This document shows, in pieces, positions 1 through 9,249 of a stretch of 64,000 nt of DNA (positions are counted from its first letter, which is position 1; each line of letters opens with the position of its first letter). Under the pieces are notes generated by a model that worked only from the letters and a program-made list of their open reading frames with translations, was not told where the DNA came from and made no database searches. Origin of the DNA: Candidatus Marinacidobacterium sp. (GTDB taxonomy: Bacteria; Acidobacteriota; Vicinamibacteria; Marinacidobacterales; Marinacidobacteraceae); contig OZ244852.1 in the NCBI GenBank assembly GCA_965220965.1, forward strand, positions 824,621 to 888,620, written 5' to 3'. A program made the position numbers and the translations under genes.

Positions 1-2404
1 GCGCGACTTCGTGTCGGGCGATCCGGGCGTGGACCCGAACCGGCCCCTGCGCCTTCGCCTCGGGGAGGCGGTCCCGACGCTCTCTCCCGTCGAATGGACC
101 TTCGATTACACCCAGCCCTACAACGCCGGACTCAAGGCCAAGGCGGCCCTCCACGCATTGAACCTCGGCGACCCATCCGCCGCGCTCGGGGACATCCACG
201 TTGTGGGCATCGACATGGAGTCCGAGGACTCGCGGGCCGTGACGAACCATCTCGCCTGGATGGCGTCGGACCTCCAGCGCCCGGCGCTTCACGCGGCGGA
301 CCGCGCCGGTTTGCGGGCCGCGGTGGCCGCCGTCCTCGGCGAGGTCACGTTGCCCCGGGGATGGGTGAAGCTGGCCGAACCGCGACTCGCGACGGTGAAG
401 GAGCTGGTGGCGCTCACGCCGGGCCCTGGCTCCGGAGAGACCCCGGTGGCGGAGGGCTCGAACGGTCTGGTCGCCGATCCTGCGGATCCGGAGAGCCTCG
501 CCGAGACGCTCGCGCTGCGGGCGGCGCACCGCGACAACGTGTTCCTGAGCGCGAGCGCGGACCTGGGCGCGCTGGAGGGCCGACTCGCCGCCCTGCCTGT
601 CCCGGAGCGGGGCGGGGTGGTGGATGGCGCGGCGCTCTGGGATGCGGGCGCGCTCCTCGAGGCGCGGGATCCGGACGATCGGCAGATCTGGTTCCACCGG
701 CCGGGGGAAACGCTCCTCCGCCCGTTCACCGTGGACCGGGTCACGCCGACTGACCTCGGCGTGGACATCGGTTATCTCTCCGAACTGGACGGCGTCGGCG
801 CCCGTTCCGCCGCCGACGCCGCCGAGATCGTGGTCCGGCTGATTCGGGGTGAAGAGCTGGCGCTCCACCCCGACTCCGGGTCGATCTATCGCCCCGACGG
901 CGCCCTCCACTTCGTGGGCGGCGCCGGGACCCCCAAGCTCCGGGAGAGCCTGGCCTCGCCGGCCGTGGTGACGTCGCCGCCGAACCGTCCGGAGCGGGGG
1001 GCCGCCTACCAGCGGTTCTTCAGCGACCGGGTGAACCGGCGGACGATGGTCTACCTGCCCACCAGCGGCGGGATGCTCCACGCGTTCTCCGCCGGGACCG
1101 GCGACGAGGTCTTCGCCTTCGTTCCCGCCGATGTCCTGGGGCCGGCGACGGGGGAAGGGGCGCCGGGCGGGCCGTTCCTGCGGGACCTGGCGGTCGTCGG
1201 CGTTCGGGGCGCGCCGGCGCTGCGCCGCGGTCTGGTGAGCCGCTACTCGCTCGCCGGTTCGCCGGTCGCTCGCGACATCCGGGTTCCTGGCGCCGAGCCG
1301 TGGCGCACCGTCCTCGCGTTCGGTCGCTCCCTCGGGGGCCGCGTCGTGACGACGCTCGATGTCACGGCGGTCGGAGGGACGTGGAGCGGAACGCCCGAGC
1401 CGCCGTCGAGGTGGCCGGTCGAGGCGCGCCGGCCCCGCCTGCTCTGGAACCGCGGCGGCTCCGGAGCTCCGGACAGCGGCCTCCCCGGTCTGGGAGAGAC
1501 GCCGGAGCCGGTGTTCGCCGAAGTCCCGGCGCGGGATGGCGGCGAATGGGTCGTGTTCCAGAGCGGTGGAAGCGGGGTGAGCGATGTGGCTCTGTTCGTT
1601 CTGGCCGCGGAGGATGGGCGGCTGCGCCAGCGGTTGCCGCTGGCGTCGGCGCCGGGCGCCCCGATCTCGCCGAACGAAGCCCCGACCGCCGCGGTCGTCT
1701 GGCGGCCCGGTTGGGCGACCCCCGGCGCCTCGAACCTTGTCAGCGCGGCGTACGTCGCCGACCTCCACGGACAGATCCACCGGCTGGACACCGCCGCGTC
1801 GGGCGGATGGGCGCTCCGCGTGGCGCATCGACTGGGCGCGGACCACCCCGTCCAGACCCGGCCGGTCGCGTTTCCGTTTCCGGGGCGCGTCGAGCCGCAT
1901 CTCCTCGTCGTGACGGGGGGGGACCGGCGGCTCCGGAACGGCCCCTCGGACCTCGTCCTCCTCCGGGATCTGGGGACGCACTTCGACGAGGTCTGGCGAC
2001 GGGCGCTCCCCGAAGGCGAGGCGCCCCAGGGGCGTCCGGTGGTCCAGGTCAGCTCTTCCGGGGTCGCGGTCGTGCTCCCGACGATTGCGGCGCAGCCTCC
2101 CGACGACCTTGGCTGCAGCGCGACGCGCACGAACGAGGGGGTCTCGCGGCTGCGGGCGTTCAACGGAATGACCGGCGCCCCGCTGAACGGCCTGCTCGGG
2201 CAGGGGCTGTCCGTCCTGGGATTCGGGGCCGGGCGTCTCCGCGGCGTGTCCATGTCCGGCTCCGGGAACATGGCCTACAGCGTGACGCAGGCGGGGGGCG
2301 ACCTGATCGACACGGTGATCGGGGACTTCCGTTTCCGGGTGCGGGACAGCGCCCTCGAGCCGGTCACCCTCTTCGTCGAGAGCTTCCGGCGCTCGCCCTT
2401 CTGA
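1..2404 (+). CDS. PilY1-like type IV pilus tip-associated protein; 5' partial, N-terminus lies outside the window
   Basis: The ORF runs to the window start. The C-terminal region has a PilY1/PilC beta-propeller-like signature (…VYLPTSGGMLHAFSAGTGDEVFAF…). It is followed directly by a prepilin-type gene, the usual minor-pilin locus arrangement. Confidence 0.5.
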   Translation, partial: RDFVSGDPGVDPNRPLRLRLGEAVPTLSPVEWTFDYTQPYNAGLKAKAALHALNLGDPSAALGDIHVVGIDMESEDSRAVTNHLAWMASDLQRPALHAADRAGLRAAVAAVLGEVTLPRGWVKLAEPRLATVKELVALTPGPGSGETPVAEGSNGLVADPADPESLAETLALRAAHRDNVFLSASADLGALEGRLAALPVPERGGVVDGAALWDAGALLEARDPDDRQIWFHRPGETLLRPFTVDRVTPTDLGVDIGYLSELDGVGARSAADAAEIVVRLIRGEELALHPDSGSIYRPDGALHFVGGAGTPKLRESLASPAVVTSPPNRPERGAAYQRFFSDRVNRRTMVYLPTSGGMLHAFSAGTGDEVFAFVPADVLGPATGEGAPGGPFLRDLAVVGVRGAPALRRGLVSRYSLAGSPVARDIRVPGAEPWRTVLAFGRSLGGRVVTTLDVTAVGGTWSGTPEPPSRWPVEARRPRLLWNRGGSGAPDSGLPGLGETPEPVFAEVPARDGGEWVVFQSGGSGVSDVALFVLAAEDGRLRQRLPLASAPGAPISPNEAPTAAVVWRPGWATPGASNLVSAAYVADLHGQIHRLDTAASGGWALRVAHRLGADHPVQTRPVAFPFPGRVEPHLLVVTGGDRRLRNGPSDLVLLRDLGTHFDEVWRRALPEGEAPQGRPVVQVSSSGVAVVLPTIAAQPPDDLGCSATRTNEGVSRLRAFNGMTGAPLNGLLGQGLSVLGFGAGRLRGVSMSGSGNMAYSVTQAGGDLIDTVIGDFRFRVRDSALEPVTLFVESFRRSPF

Positions 2405-2406
2405 CC

Positions 2407-3759
2407 GTGCCTCCGCTCCCGTTGCCGCGCCGGCGCCCGAGCACCGCGGCAGGATTCACGCTCACCGAAGCGCTGGTGGCGCTTTCGCTCTCGCTCACCC
2501 TGAGCGCCGCCTTCCTCATGCTCTTCCGGCAGGGCGGCCGGACGCTGCGGCTGGAGCCCGAGCTCGCGGTCTTGCGCCATGACGCCGGGCAGGCGCTGGA
2601 TCGGATCGCCGCCGATCTGGCCCGCGCTGGCTCCGGGATTCCTCCCGAGATCCCGGTCTTCAACGACCTGGGGCCGGCCGGGAACGGCGACGTCGACGGG
2701 CTGGATTTCCTCACTGCGCCGGCCCGCATGGCGGGCATCGGCTTCGAGCCGGTCGTCGCGTTCGACGGGACGGAGGCGACCCTGGCGCTTCCCGCATCGC
2801 GGCTGGACCCGGAGTCGCGCCCGTGGGCGGTCGTCTTCAACGACGACAAGTTCATGCCGCGCTGGGTCTTCGGGCAGGTGCTCGCCGTTGGGGGAGGAGG
2901 CGGAGGACTTCTGTCCGGCGCCGTCGCGAGCGCCCGCGACGCACTGGGGGAGGAGTCGGCCCCGGCCGGGGCGACGGTCCGCATCCGTCCGATGGAGACC
3001 GGCTGGCATCGCCGGTTTCACGCCGGGGACGGGGCGAGCTTCTCTCCGGGGCAGGGGGGTCTCGTGGGGAAATCGCTCCAGGCGCTTCTCGGCGGGTTCG
3101 TCGAGTCGGTCTTCCCCGCCGCCGCAAATCCCGCGGTCGCCGCGTTGACCTCGAAGCTCGTCGAGGCGGTGGTCAGCGGCGTCCGGGCCCGACGGGGACG
3201 GGCGGGGACCGGGGTGCGGGCCGCCTCCGCAGACGAGGAGGAAGAGGACGAAGAGGGTTACGGGATGTTCGGGCTCGGGCAGCCCGGGCTGACCCCCGTC
3301 TCCCGCATCCGCTACGAGCTCCGCGCCCCGAATGGCGACGGCGACCGGGTGCTCATGCGACAGGTGGACGCCGAGCCGCCGCAGCCGGTCGCCTTTCTCG
3401 AGGACTTCCAGGTGCGCTACTTCACCGGGGACGACGCGGGGATCGCGCGCGACGATCCTCCGGGTTTCGTCGGGGACATGCGGCGCGCCTCAACGCTCAG
3501 CGCGCACCTCGTGCGCGCGGTGGAAGTCACCGTCCGGGTCCGCTCCACCGCGGGGCGCTTCGCCGCGCTGCCGGGCGAAGGCGGCGGGGACGGCGCCCTG
3601 AGCCGGACCTACACCCGCCGGGTGGGGATCCGGGCGACCGCGGCGGGGGTCGACCGCCGGTTCTGGGAGGAGGCGATGCAGCAGAAGGCGGTGCTGGCCG
3701 ATGTGCCGCGAATTGGCCCGCTGCGATTCCTCAGCGTGATCCTGGACGCGCTGGAGTGA
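2407..3759 (+). CDS. Prepilin-type N-terminal cleavage/methylation domain protein (large minor pilin, PilW/PilX-like)
   Basis: GTG at 2407 lies 2 nt after the PilY1 stop. The N-terminus RRRPSTAAGFTLTEALVALSLSLTLSAAF is the class III signal-peptide/type IV pilin motif (G|FTLxE plus a hydrophobic helix). It shares a frame with the over-extended ORF 1300..3759. Confidence 0.6.
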   Translation: MPPLPLPRRRPSTAAGFTLTEALVALSLSLTLSAAFLMLFRQGGRTLRLEPELAVLRHDAGQALDRIAADLARAGSGIPPEIPVFNDLGPAGNGDVDGLDFLTAPARMAGIGFEPVVAFDGTEATLALPASRLDPESRPWAVVFNDDKFMPRWVFGQVLAVGGGGGGLLSGAVASARDALGEESAPAGATVRIRPMETGWHRRFHAGDGASFSPGQGGLVGKSLQALLGGFVESVFPAAANPAVAALTSKLVEAVVSGVRARRGRAGTGVRAASADEEEEDEEGYGMFGLGQPGLTPVSRIRYELRAPNGDGDRVLMRQVDAEPPQPVAFLEDFQVRYFTGDDAGIARDDPPGFVGDMRRASTLSAHLVRAVEVTVRVRSTAGRFAALPGEGGGDGALSRTYTRRVGIRATAAGVDRRFWEEAMQQKAVLADVPRIGPLRFLSVILDALE

Positions 3760-3789
3760 CCGCGCCGCCGGCAGTCCACCCGGCGGGAC

Positions 3790-4518
3790 TCAGCGCGCGG
3801 CCAGGCGCGCGGTGTGGACCGCGACCGCGCCGAACGACAGGAGACGCCAGGAGACCTGCGGAAAGCCGCTCGCTTCGAGGCGGCGGGCCAGTGTCCCGGG
3901 CTCCGGGAACTCGAGGACGGAGTCCCGGAGGTAGTCGTAGGCGTCGGGTCCGGGGGAGCCCAGTCGGGCCAGCACGGGCACGGCGAGCCGCATCCAGAGG
4001 CGGTGTCCCAGGCGCGCGAGGAACCCCTCGGGCTGCGAGAACTCGAGGATCACGAGCCGCCCCTCCGGCGCCAGCACCCGGCGCATTTCGGAGAAGGCGG
4101 CCGCGTGGTCCGGGAGGTTCCTGACGCCGAACCCCACGATCAGGCGGTCGAAGGCGCCCGTCCGGAACGGCAGCCGTAGCGCGTCTCCGGCGACGACCGG
4201 AAGCCGGATCCCGGCCGCATCCGCCTTCCGCGCGGCCAGCCCGAGCATGGCGGGCGTGAAGTCGCACCCGACGCGAGTGGACCCGGGCGGCATCCCGAGG
4301 GCGAGGTCGCCGGTGCCGCAGCAGAGGTCGAGGGTTCGCGCGCCGGGGGTCGGGGCGAGGTCGCGAAGCGCCGTCCGGCGCCAGCGCTGGTCCATTCCCA
4401 GGCTCAGCACCCGGTTCATCCGGTCGTAGCCGGGCGCCACCGACTCGAACATGCGCCGGATGGCGCCGGGGGTCTGTCTCCGCTCCTCGGGCGCCGGGCG
4501 TCCGCTCTCGGGAACCAT
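3790..4518 (-). CDS. ubiE: Demethylmenaquinone/ubiquinone C-methyltransferase UbiE/MenG
   Basis: N-terminal region RRMFESVAPGYDRMN…; SAM-binding motif LDLCCGTGD; …VGFGVRNLPD…; typical UbiE length from the Met at 4518. The ORF may extend upstream to 4587. Confidence 0.8.
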   Translation of the reverse strand: MVPESGRPAPEERRQTPGAIRRMFESVAPGYDRMNRVLSLGMDQRWRRTALRDLAPTPGARTLDLCCGTGDLALGMPPGSTRVGCDFTPAMLGLAARKADAAGIRLPVVAGDALRLPFRTGAFDRLIVGFGVRNLPDHAAAFSEMRRVLAPEGRLVILEFSQPEGFLARLGHRLWMRLAVPVLARLGSPGPDAYDYLRDSVLEFPEPGTLARRLEASGFPQVSWRLLSFGAVAVHTARLAAR

Positions 4519-4654
4519 CGCCGGAAGTCTCGCATTCCGGACATCGGAGCGGGCGACGGGAAATGCGACCGGCCGTAGCCGTGTCACCGCGCCGTTTCGT
4601 CCGTCGCTCCATAGAATCTACGGCGTCTTGACTCCCCTCGCCCCCTGGCCGCTC

Positions 4655-5080
4655 ATGATCGGTCCCCTCGGCATGCAGGAGCTGCTCATCATCATGGGCG
4701 TCGCCCTGATCGTCTTCGGGCCGCGGAAGCTGCCCCAGATCGGGAAGACCCTCGGGAACACGGTGCGCGAGTTCCGAAGCCAGAGCCAGCAGTTGCGGAA
4801 CACCCTCGAGCGCGAAGTCCAGATGGAGGACTTCCGCAAGGCCAGGGAAGAGGTCACCGGTCTGGGGCGCGACGTGGCGAAGGGTCTCGACCCCAACGCC
4901 GAGACGCCCAGCGGCCCGGGTTCCGCCTCCGGCGGAGCGCCTCCGAAAACGGAGCGCGCGGAAGCGTCCGCCGCGAAGGAGGGGCCGGCGAACGGCTCGG
5001 GCGCGGCCGAGTCCGCGACCGCCTCCGACGCGGAGGAAGCGCCATCGTCATCCGGCGAGCCGAAGAGCCAGAACTCGTGA
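4655..5080 (+). CDS. tatA: Twin-arginine translocase TatA/TatB-family subunit
   Basis: MIGPLGMQELLIIMGVALIVFGPRKLPQIGKTLGNTVREFR is the canonical TatA/E transmembrane-plus-amphipathic helix motif (FGPxKLP). It has an acidic, Ala-rich C-terminal tail and sits next to tatC. Confidence 0.85.
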   Translation: MIGPLGMQELLIIMGVALIVFGPRKLPQIGKTLGNTVREFRSQSQQLRNTLEREVQMEDFRKAREEVTGLGRDVAKGLDPNAETPSGPGSASGGAPPKTERAEASAAKEGPANGSGAAESATASDAEEAPSSSGEPKSQNS

Positions 5081-5168
5081 CCCCCCGAGGGAACGCTGGC
5101 CGCGTCGCGCCGTGAACGAACCCGGCGGCCCGGCCGCTTCTCCGAAGGAAGAGCGCGGCGAAGACCGC

Positions 5169-5909
5169 ATGACCTTCCTGGAGCATCTGGACGAGCTCCG
5201 GAAGCGGCTCATTCGGGCGGCGCTCGCCATCCTCGTCGCGTTCGTGGCGTGCTTCTTCTTCTACGAGCAGATCTTCAACTTCCTGATGCAGCCGCTGCGG
5301 GAGGTCATCGAGCCGTACGGGGGAGAGCTGATCGCCACGACGCCGCCGGAGATCTTCATCCTCGGCCTCAAGATGAGCTTCCTGGTCGCGGTCATCGGGT
5401 CGACCCCGGCCTGGCTGGGCCAGGTCTGGGGCTTCGTCGCCCCCGGCCTCTACCGGCACGAGAAGCGCCTCGCGCTTCCGTTCGTGGTGATCGGCTCGGC
5501 GTTCTTCATCTCCGGGGCCGTCTTCTGCCACTACGTCCTGTTTCCGGCGGCGGTCTCGTTCCTCGGGACGTTCGGCGGGGGAGGCGAGGAGATCCAGATC
5601 CGCTACCGGGTCTCCGAGGTCTTCAGCTTCTATGCGCGCCTGGTGCTCGGGACGGCGGTCGTGTTCCAGATTCCGTCGCTGGCGCTGCTGCTCTCGCGAC
5701 TCGGGATCGTCACCCCCCGCTTCCTGCTGCGCTACTTCAAATACGCCGTCCTGGTGATCTTCGTGCTTGCGGCGCTGGTGACCCCGCCGGACCCGACGAC
5801 CCAGATCATCCTCGCGGGGCCGATGATCGTGCTCTACATGCTCTCGATCGGGATCGCCTGGATCGGGAACCGGATGCGCGCGAAGCCCACCGACGAAGAC
5901 CAGAGCTGA
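5169..5909 (+). CDS. tatC: Twin-arginine translocase subunit TatC
   Basis: MTFLEHLDELRKRLIRAALAILVAFV… is the canonical TatC N-terminus; six predicted transmembrane segments; about 246 aa. An alternative start at 5112 is possible. Confidence 0.85.
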   Translation: MTFLEHLDELRKRLIRAALAILVAFVACFFFYEQIFNFLMQPLREVIEPYGGELIATTPPEIFILGLKMSFLVAVIGSTPAWLGQVWGFVAPGLYRHEKRLALPFVVIGSAFFISGAVFCHYVLFPAAVSFLGTFGGGGEEIQIRYRVSEVFSFYARLVLGTAVVFQIPSLALLLSRLGIVTPRFLLRYFKYAVLVIFVLAALVTPPDPTTQIILAGPMIVLYMLSIGIAWIGNRMRAKPTDEDQS

Positions 5910-5930
5910 TGGCGCGTCCCCCTCTCCCGC

Positions 5931-6115
5931 AGTTGATCCGTTCGAATCGAAACCTGGCCTAGCAAGTTCCGATTCACGGCCCGCCGGGCCGTGCGGTGGG
6001 AGGGACGGCGTGGCTTGAAGGGGAAGGGAGGTTCGGCGACGGCGCCCCCTCCCGCAATTGGCGCCGTTCATTCGGAACTTGGCGAAGCAAGTTCCGATTG
6101 CTGGCCCGCAGGGCG
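5931..6115. repeat. Two imperfect direct repeats of about 67 nt (5931–5997 and 6047–6113) in the tatC–ctpA intergenic region, each with an internal hairpin
   Basis: Copy A is ctcccgcagttgatccgttcgaatcgaaacctggcctagcaagttccgattcacggcccgccgggc. Copy B is ctcccgcaattggcgccgttcattcggaacttggcgaagcaagttccgattgctggcccgcagggc. Copy B contains a perfect 9-bp stem (cggaacttg / caagttccg, loop gcgaag); copy A has the same stem with two mismatches. Confidence 0.6.
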
Positions 6116-6146
6116 CCATTCACCGCGGACTTGCTACGATCTTCCC

Positions 6147-7820
6147 ATGTTGAGGTTGCGGCGCAGGGTTTTGCCGCTGGCGCTCCCGCTGGTCGTGGGA
6201 GTCGCCATCGGCGCAACGGTTCTGGGACCGCGGCCGGCGCCCGGGGTGGCGCCGGATGACGAGTTCGCGCCGCTGATCCAGCAGCACGCCAACGTGCTGC
6301 GCGCCATCGAGACGGCCTACGTCCGCGACGTTCCCTCGGAGACGCTCATCCGGGCCAGCGTCGGGGGCATGCTCCGGCGCCTCGACCCGCACTCGAACCT
6401 CTTCGTGCCCCGGAACTACCGGCAGATGCGCGAGCGCCAGCAGGGCGGCTACGTCGGGCTCGGTATCCGGGTCCAGGAGCGGAACGGCCTGCTCACGGTC
6501 GTCTCGCCCTTCGAGGGCACGCCGGCCTACCGGCTCGGCATCCGGGCGGCCGACGTGATCTCGAGGATCGAGGGGGTGGACGCGACCCAGTACACGATGG
6601 ACGAGGCGGTCAACCTGCTTCGGGGCCCGCGCGGGACGCCGGTCCGCATCACGATCACCCGGCCGGGCTACGACGCTCCGCTGGACTTCACCGTGATCCG
6701 CGACCGGATCCCGCTGAAGAGCGTGCCCTACTTCTTCGTCCTCGACGATCCCGGCGCCTCGGAGAAGACCGGCTACGTCCGGATCTCCGACTTCAACGAG
6801 AACACCGAAACCGAGCTGAACGAGGCGATCGTGGAGCTGCGCCTCGAGGGGGCCACCCGGCTGCTGGTGGATCTCCGCCACAACCCCGGCGGGCTCCTGA
6901 ACCAGGCGGTCGCCGTCTCGGGCGTGTTCCTCGAGAAGGGGGCCGAGGTTGTTTCGATTCGCGGCCGCCATTCGGAGAATGACCAGGTCTTCCAGGTCTC
7001 GGCGGCCAGCCCGCACGCCGACCTGCCGCTGATCGTGCTCGTGTCCCAGGAGAGCGCTTCGGCGTCCGAGATCGTGGCCGGCGCCGTTCAGGACCACGAC
7101 CGCGGGCTGATCCTCGGCGAGAACACCTACGGGAAGGGGCTCGTCCAGTCCGTCTTCCAGTTGCCGCACGGCTACGCGCTCGGCCTGACCTCGGCGGAGT
7201 ACTTCACCCCCAGCGGCCGCCGTCTGCAGCGGGACTACGACTCGGGCGACTTTCTGGCCTACTTCCAGGGCCGGGGAGAGCACGACTCGAACTCCGAAGC
7301 GGGGACGGTCGTTGTCACGGCGCTGGGGCGCGAGATTTCCGGGGGCGGCGGAGTCGCTCCCGACATCGAGGTCCCGTCGCCCGAGATTCCCGAGCCGCTC
7401 ATCGAGGTCGAACAGCACGGGGCGTTTTTCCGCTTCGCCACCCGCTTCGCACCGGCGGACGGGAGGGGTGCGGTCGATGGCGCCGGCGTCCGTCCGGACG
7501 AACTCCAGGCGCGCGGCGATCAGATCCGGTCGGTGGACCAGGATTTTCGCGCCGATGACGCGACGCTCGAGGAGTTCTTCCAGTTTCTCCTCGAGGAGGA
7601 GATCCCCCACGACCGCGCCGGTCTCGAGGACCACCGTGACCGCATCGCGCTCCGCATCGACTCCGAGGTACTGAGTCTCCTCTGGGGACCGGGTCCGGCG
7701 CGCAGCGCCACGCTCGACCGGGACCCCCAGATCCGGGCCGCGCTCGAGGCCATGCCGCGCGCCGCGCTCCTCCTGAACGACCCCGAGGCGTTCATGGCGG
7801 GGGCGTCCGATAACCCTTAG
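6147..7820 (+). CDS. ctpA: Carboxyl-terminal processing protease (S41 family, CtpA/Prc-like) with PDZ domain
   Basis: N-terminal signal or transmembrane segment; PDZ region (GLGIRVQERNGLLTVVSPFEGTPAYRLGIRAADVISRIEGV); S41 catalytic region (LVDLRHNPGGLL… SQESASASEIVAGAV… GENTYGKGLVQ). Confidence 0.85.
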   Translation: MLRLRRRVLPLALPLVVGVAIGATVLGPRPAPGVAPDDEFAPLIQQHANVLRAIETAYVRDVPSETLIRASVGGMLRRLDPHSNLFVPRNYRQMRERQQGGYVGLGIRVQERNGLLTVVSPFEGTPAYRLGIRAADVISRIEGVDATQYTMDEAVNLLRGPRGTPVRITITRPGYDAPLDFTVIRDRIPLKSVPYFFVLDDPGASEKTGYVRISDFNENTETELNEAIVELRLEGATRLLVDLRHNPGGLLNQAVAVSGVFLEKGAEVVSIRGRHSENDQVFQVSAASPHADLPLIVLVSQESASASEIVAGAVQDHDRGLILGENTYGKGLVQSVFQLPHGYALGLTSAEYFTPSGRRLQRDYDSGDFLAYFQGRGEHDSNSEAGTVVVTALGREISGGGGVAPDIEVPSPEIPEPLIEVEQHGAFFRFATRFAPADGRGAVDGAGVRPDELQARGDQIRSVDQDFRADDATLEEFFQFLLEEEIPHDRAGLEDHRDRIALRIDSEVLSLLWGPGPARSATLDRDPQIRAALEAMPRAALLLNDPEAFMAGASDNP

Positions 7821-7830
7821 GAAACACGCG

Positions 7831-9138
7831 GTGCGCCCGGCGCGGCTCCTGGCGGCGGCGCTGGCCGCCCTTGCGCTCTCAGCCGGCCCAGCCGTGGCGT
7901 GGGCGGCCCAGTCGAGCGTCGAGGCGCTGTCCGCCCAGCTCGGCAGCAGCGACCCAAGGGTGCGCCGGGAGGCCGTCCGGGCGCTCGCGGACGATCGTTC
8001 GGAGGCCGCGGTGGCTTCGCTGGGGCAGGTCGCGTCGGACTCCGACCGGGAGGTGCGGCGGGTCGCCATCGACGCGCTGACCGCGCTCCGCCGCCCCGAC
8101 GCCGCGCCGGTCCTCGTCGGCTTTCTCGAGGACGAGGAGCGGGACCACCGCCGGAAAGTGGTGAGCGGCCTCGTCGCGATATACCGGGCCGAGGCGCCTC
8201 CCGGCTTTTCGACGCGGGCGGTGAACTGGCTCATGCGGCGCGAGGCCGAGTTCGTGCTCGACCCGCTGCGGCCGGTGGACCCGGCAATCGTGGAGGCGGT
8301 CGTCGGACGACTCGGCGACGAGGACGACGAGGTGCGTCGTCGCGCGGCCGTCGGGCTGGGCGCTCTCCGCCAGGAGTCCACCGCCGCGGCGCTGGCGCAC
8401 GCCGCCTCGAACGACCCGGAGGACCGCGTGGCCCGCGAGGCGGTCCGTTCGCTCGGAGAACTGGGGACCGACGCGGCCGGCGCCCTGCTGCTCGGCTTCG
8501 TGGAGGAGGACCGGGTGCGAGAGGAAGCGCTCGCTGCGCTCGGGCGGTTCGCCTATGCCCCCGCGATCCCGAGGCTCATCCAGATCTACGACCACGATCC
8601 GGGGAATTCCAACGGACGCGCGGCGCTCGCCGCGCTCGCCCGGGCCGGGGCGCCGTTGGCGCGCGGGACCTTCTACCACGAACTCCGGAACCGGGACGCG
8701 CGTCGGCGGGCTTCCGCCGCCGCCGGCCTGGGGCGGCTCGATGACGCCTCGCTGGCCGACGGTCTGATCCGGGACTTCCTCCGCGAGGATGACCGCCGCG
8801 TGCAGCTCGCGTTCTGCTTCGCGCTGGTCCGGCTCGGCGAGACTCCGTTCATCGACCGCCTCGTGCTGTCGCTGGCCGACTCCGACAGGGCCCCGGAGGC
8901 GCGCGACTACCTGCTCGAGCTGGGGCCCGGCGTCATCAACCAGCTCGCCGCTTACCTCGACGATCCCGATCCCGAGCTTCGCCTGGCGCTCATTGCGGTG
9001 CTGGAGCGCCTCGGAGATCCCGCGGCGGTCGCCGCGCTCTCCGGAGCGGCCGAGAGCGCGGATGACCGGACGGCGTCCCGCGCGCGCCTGGCGATCCGTC
9101 GTCTGCAGGCGTCCCCGACTCCTGACGTCGGCTCGTAG
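7831..9138 (+). CDS. Secreted HEAT-repeat (PBS-lyase-like) protein
   Basis: Signal peptide (…ALALSAGPAVAWA). Repeated HEAT-like units (…DPRVRREAVRALA…, …DREVRRVAIDAL…, …DDEVRRRAAVGLG…, …EDRVAREAVRSLG…). GTG start. Confidence 0.6.
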   Translation: MRPARLLAAALAALALSAGPAVAWAAQSSVEALSAQLGSSDPRVRREAVRALADDRSEAAVASLGQVASDSDREVRRVAIDALTALRRPDAAPVLVGFLEDEERDHRRKVVSGLVAIYRAEAPPGFSTRAVNWLMRREAEFVLDPLRPVDPAIVEAVVGRLGDEDDEVRRRAAVGLGALRQESTAAALAHAASNDPEDRVAREAVRSLGELGTDAAGALLLGFVEEDRVREEALAALGRFAYAPAIPRLIQIYDHDPGNSNGRAALAALARAGAPLARGTFYHELRNRDARRRASAAAGLGRLDDASLADGLIRDFLREDDRRVQLAFCFALVRLGETPFIDRLVLSLADSDRAPEARDYLLELGPGVINQLAAYLDDPDPELRLALIAVLERLGDPAAVAALSGAAESADDRTASRARLAIRRLQASPTPDVGS

Positions 9139-9249
9139 AGAGGCTCCGCCGGGGTAGGGGACCCGCCTCGGCAACAGCTTCCCGGGACCGGAAGGGCGGC
9201 AGGGCGTCCGGTACTCTCCGCCGCCGACCCGGCCCCCGGCGGAGCAACG

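Noticed and set aside
9139-9249. Possible purine riboswitch upstream of the NCS2 purine permease
   Set aside because: No match to the conserved purine-riboswitch core by eye. The 110-nt region is GC-rich and unstructured-looking.
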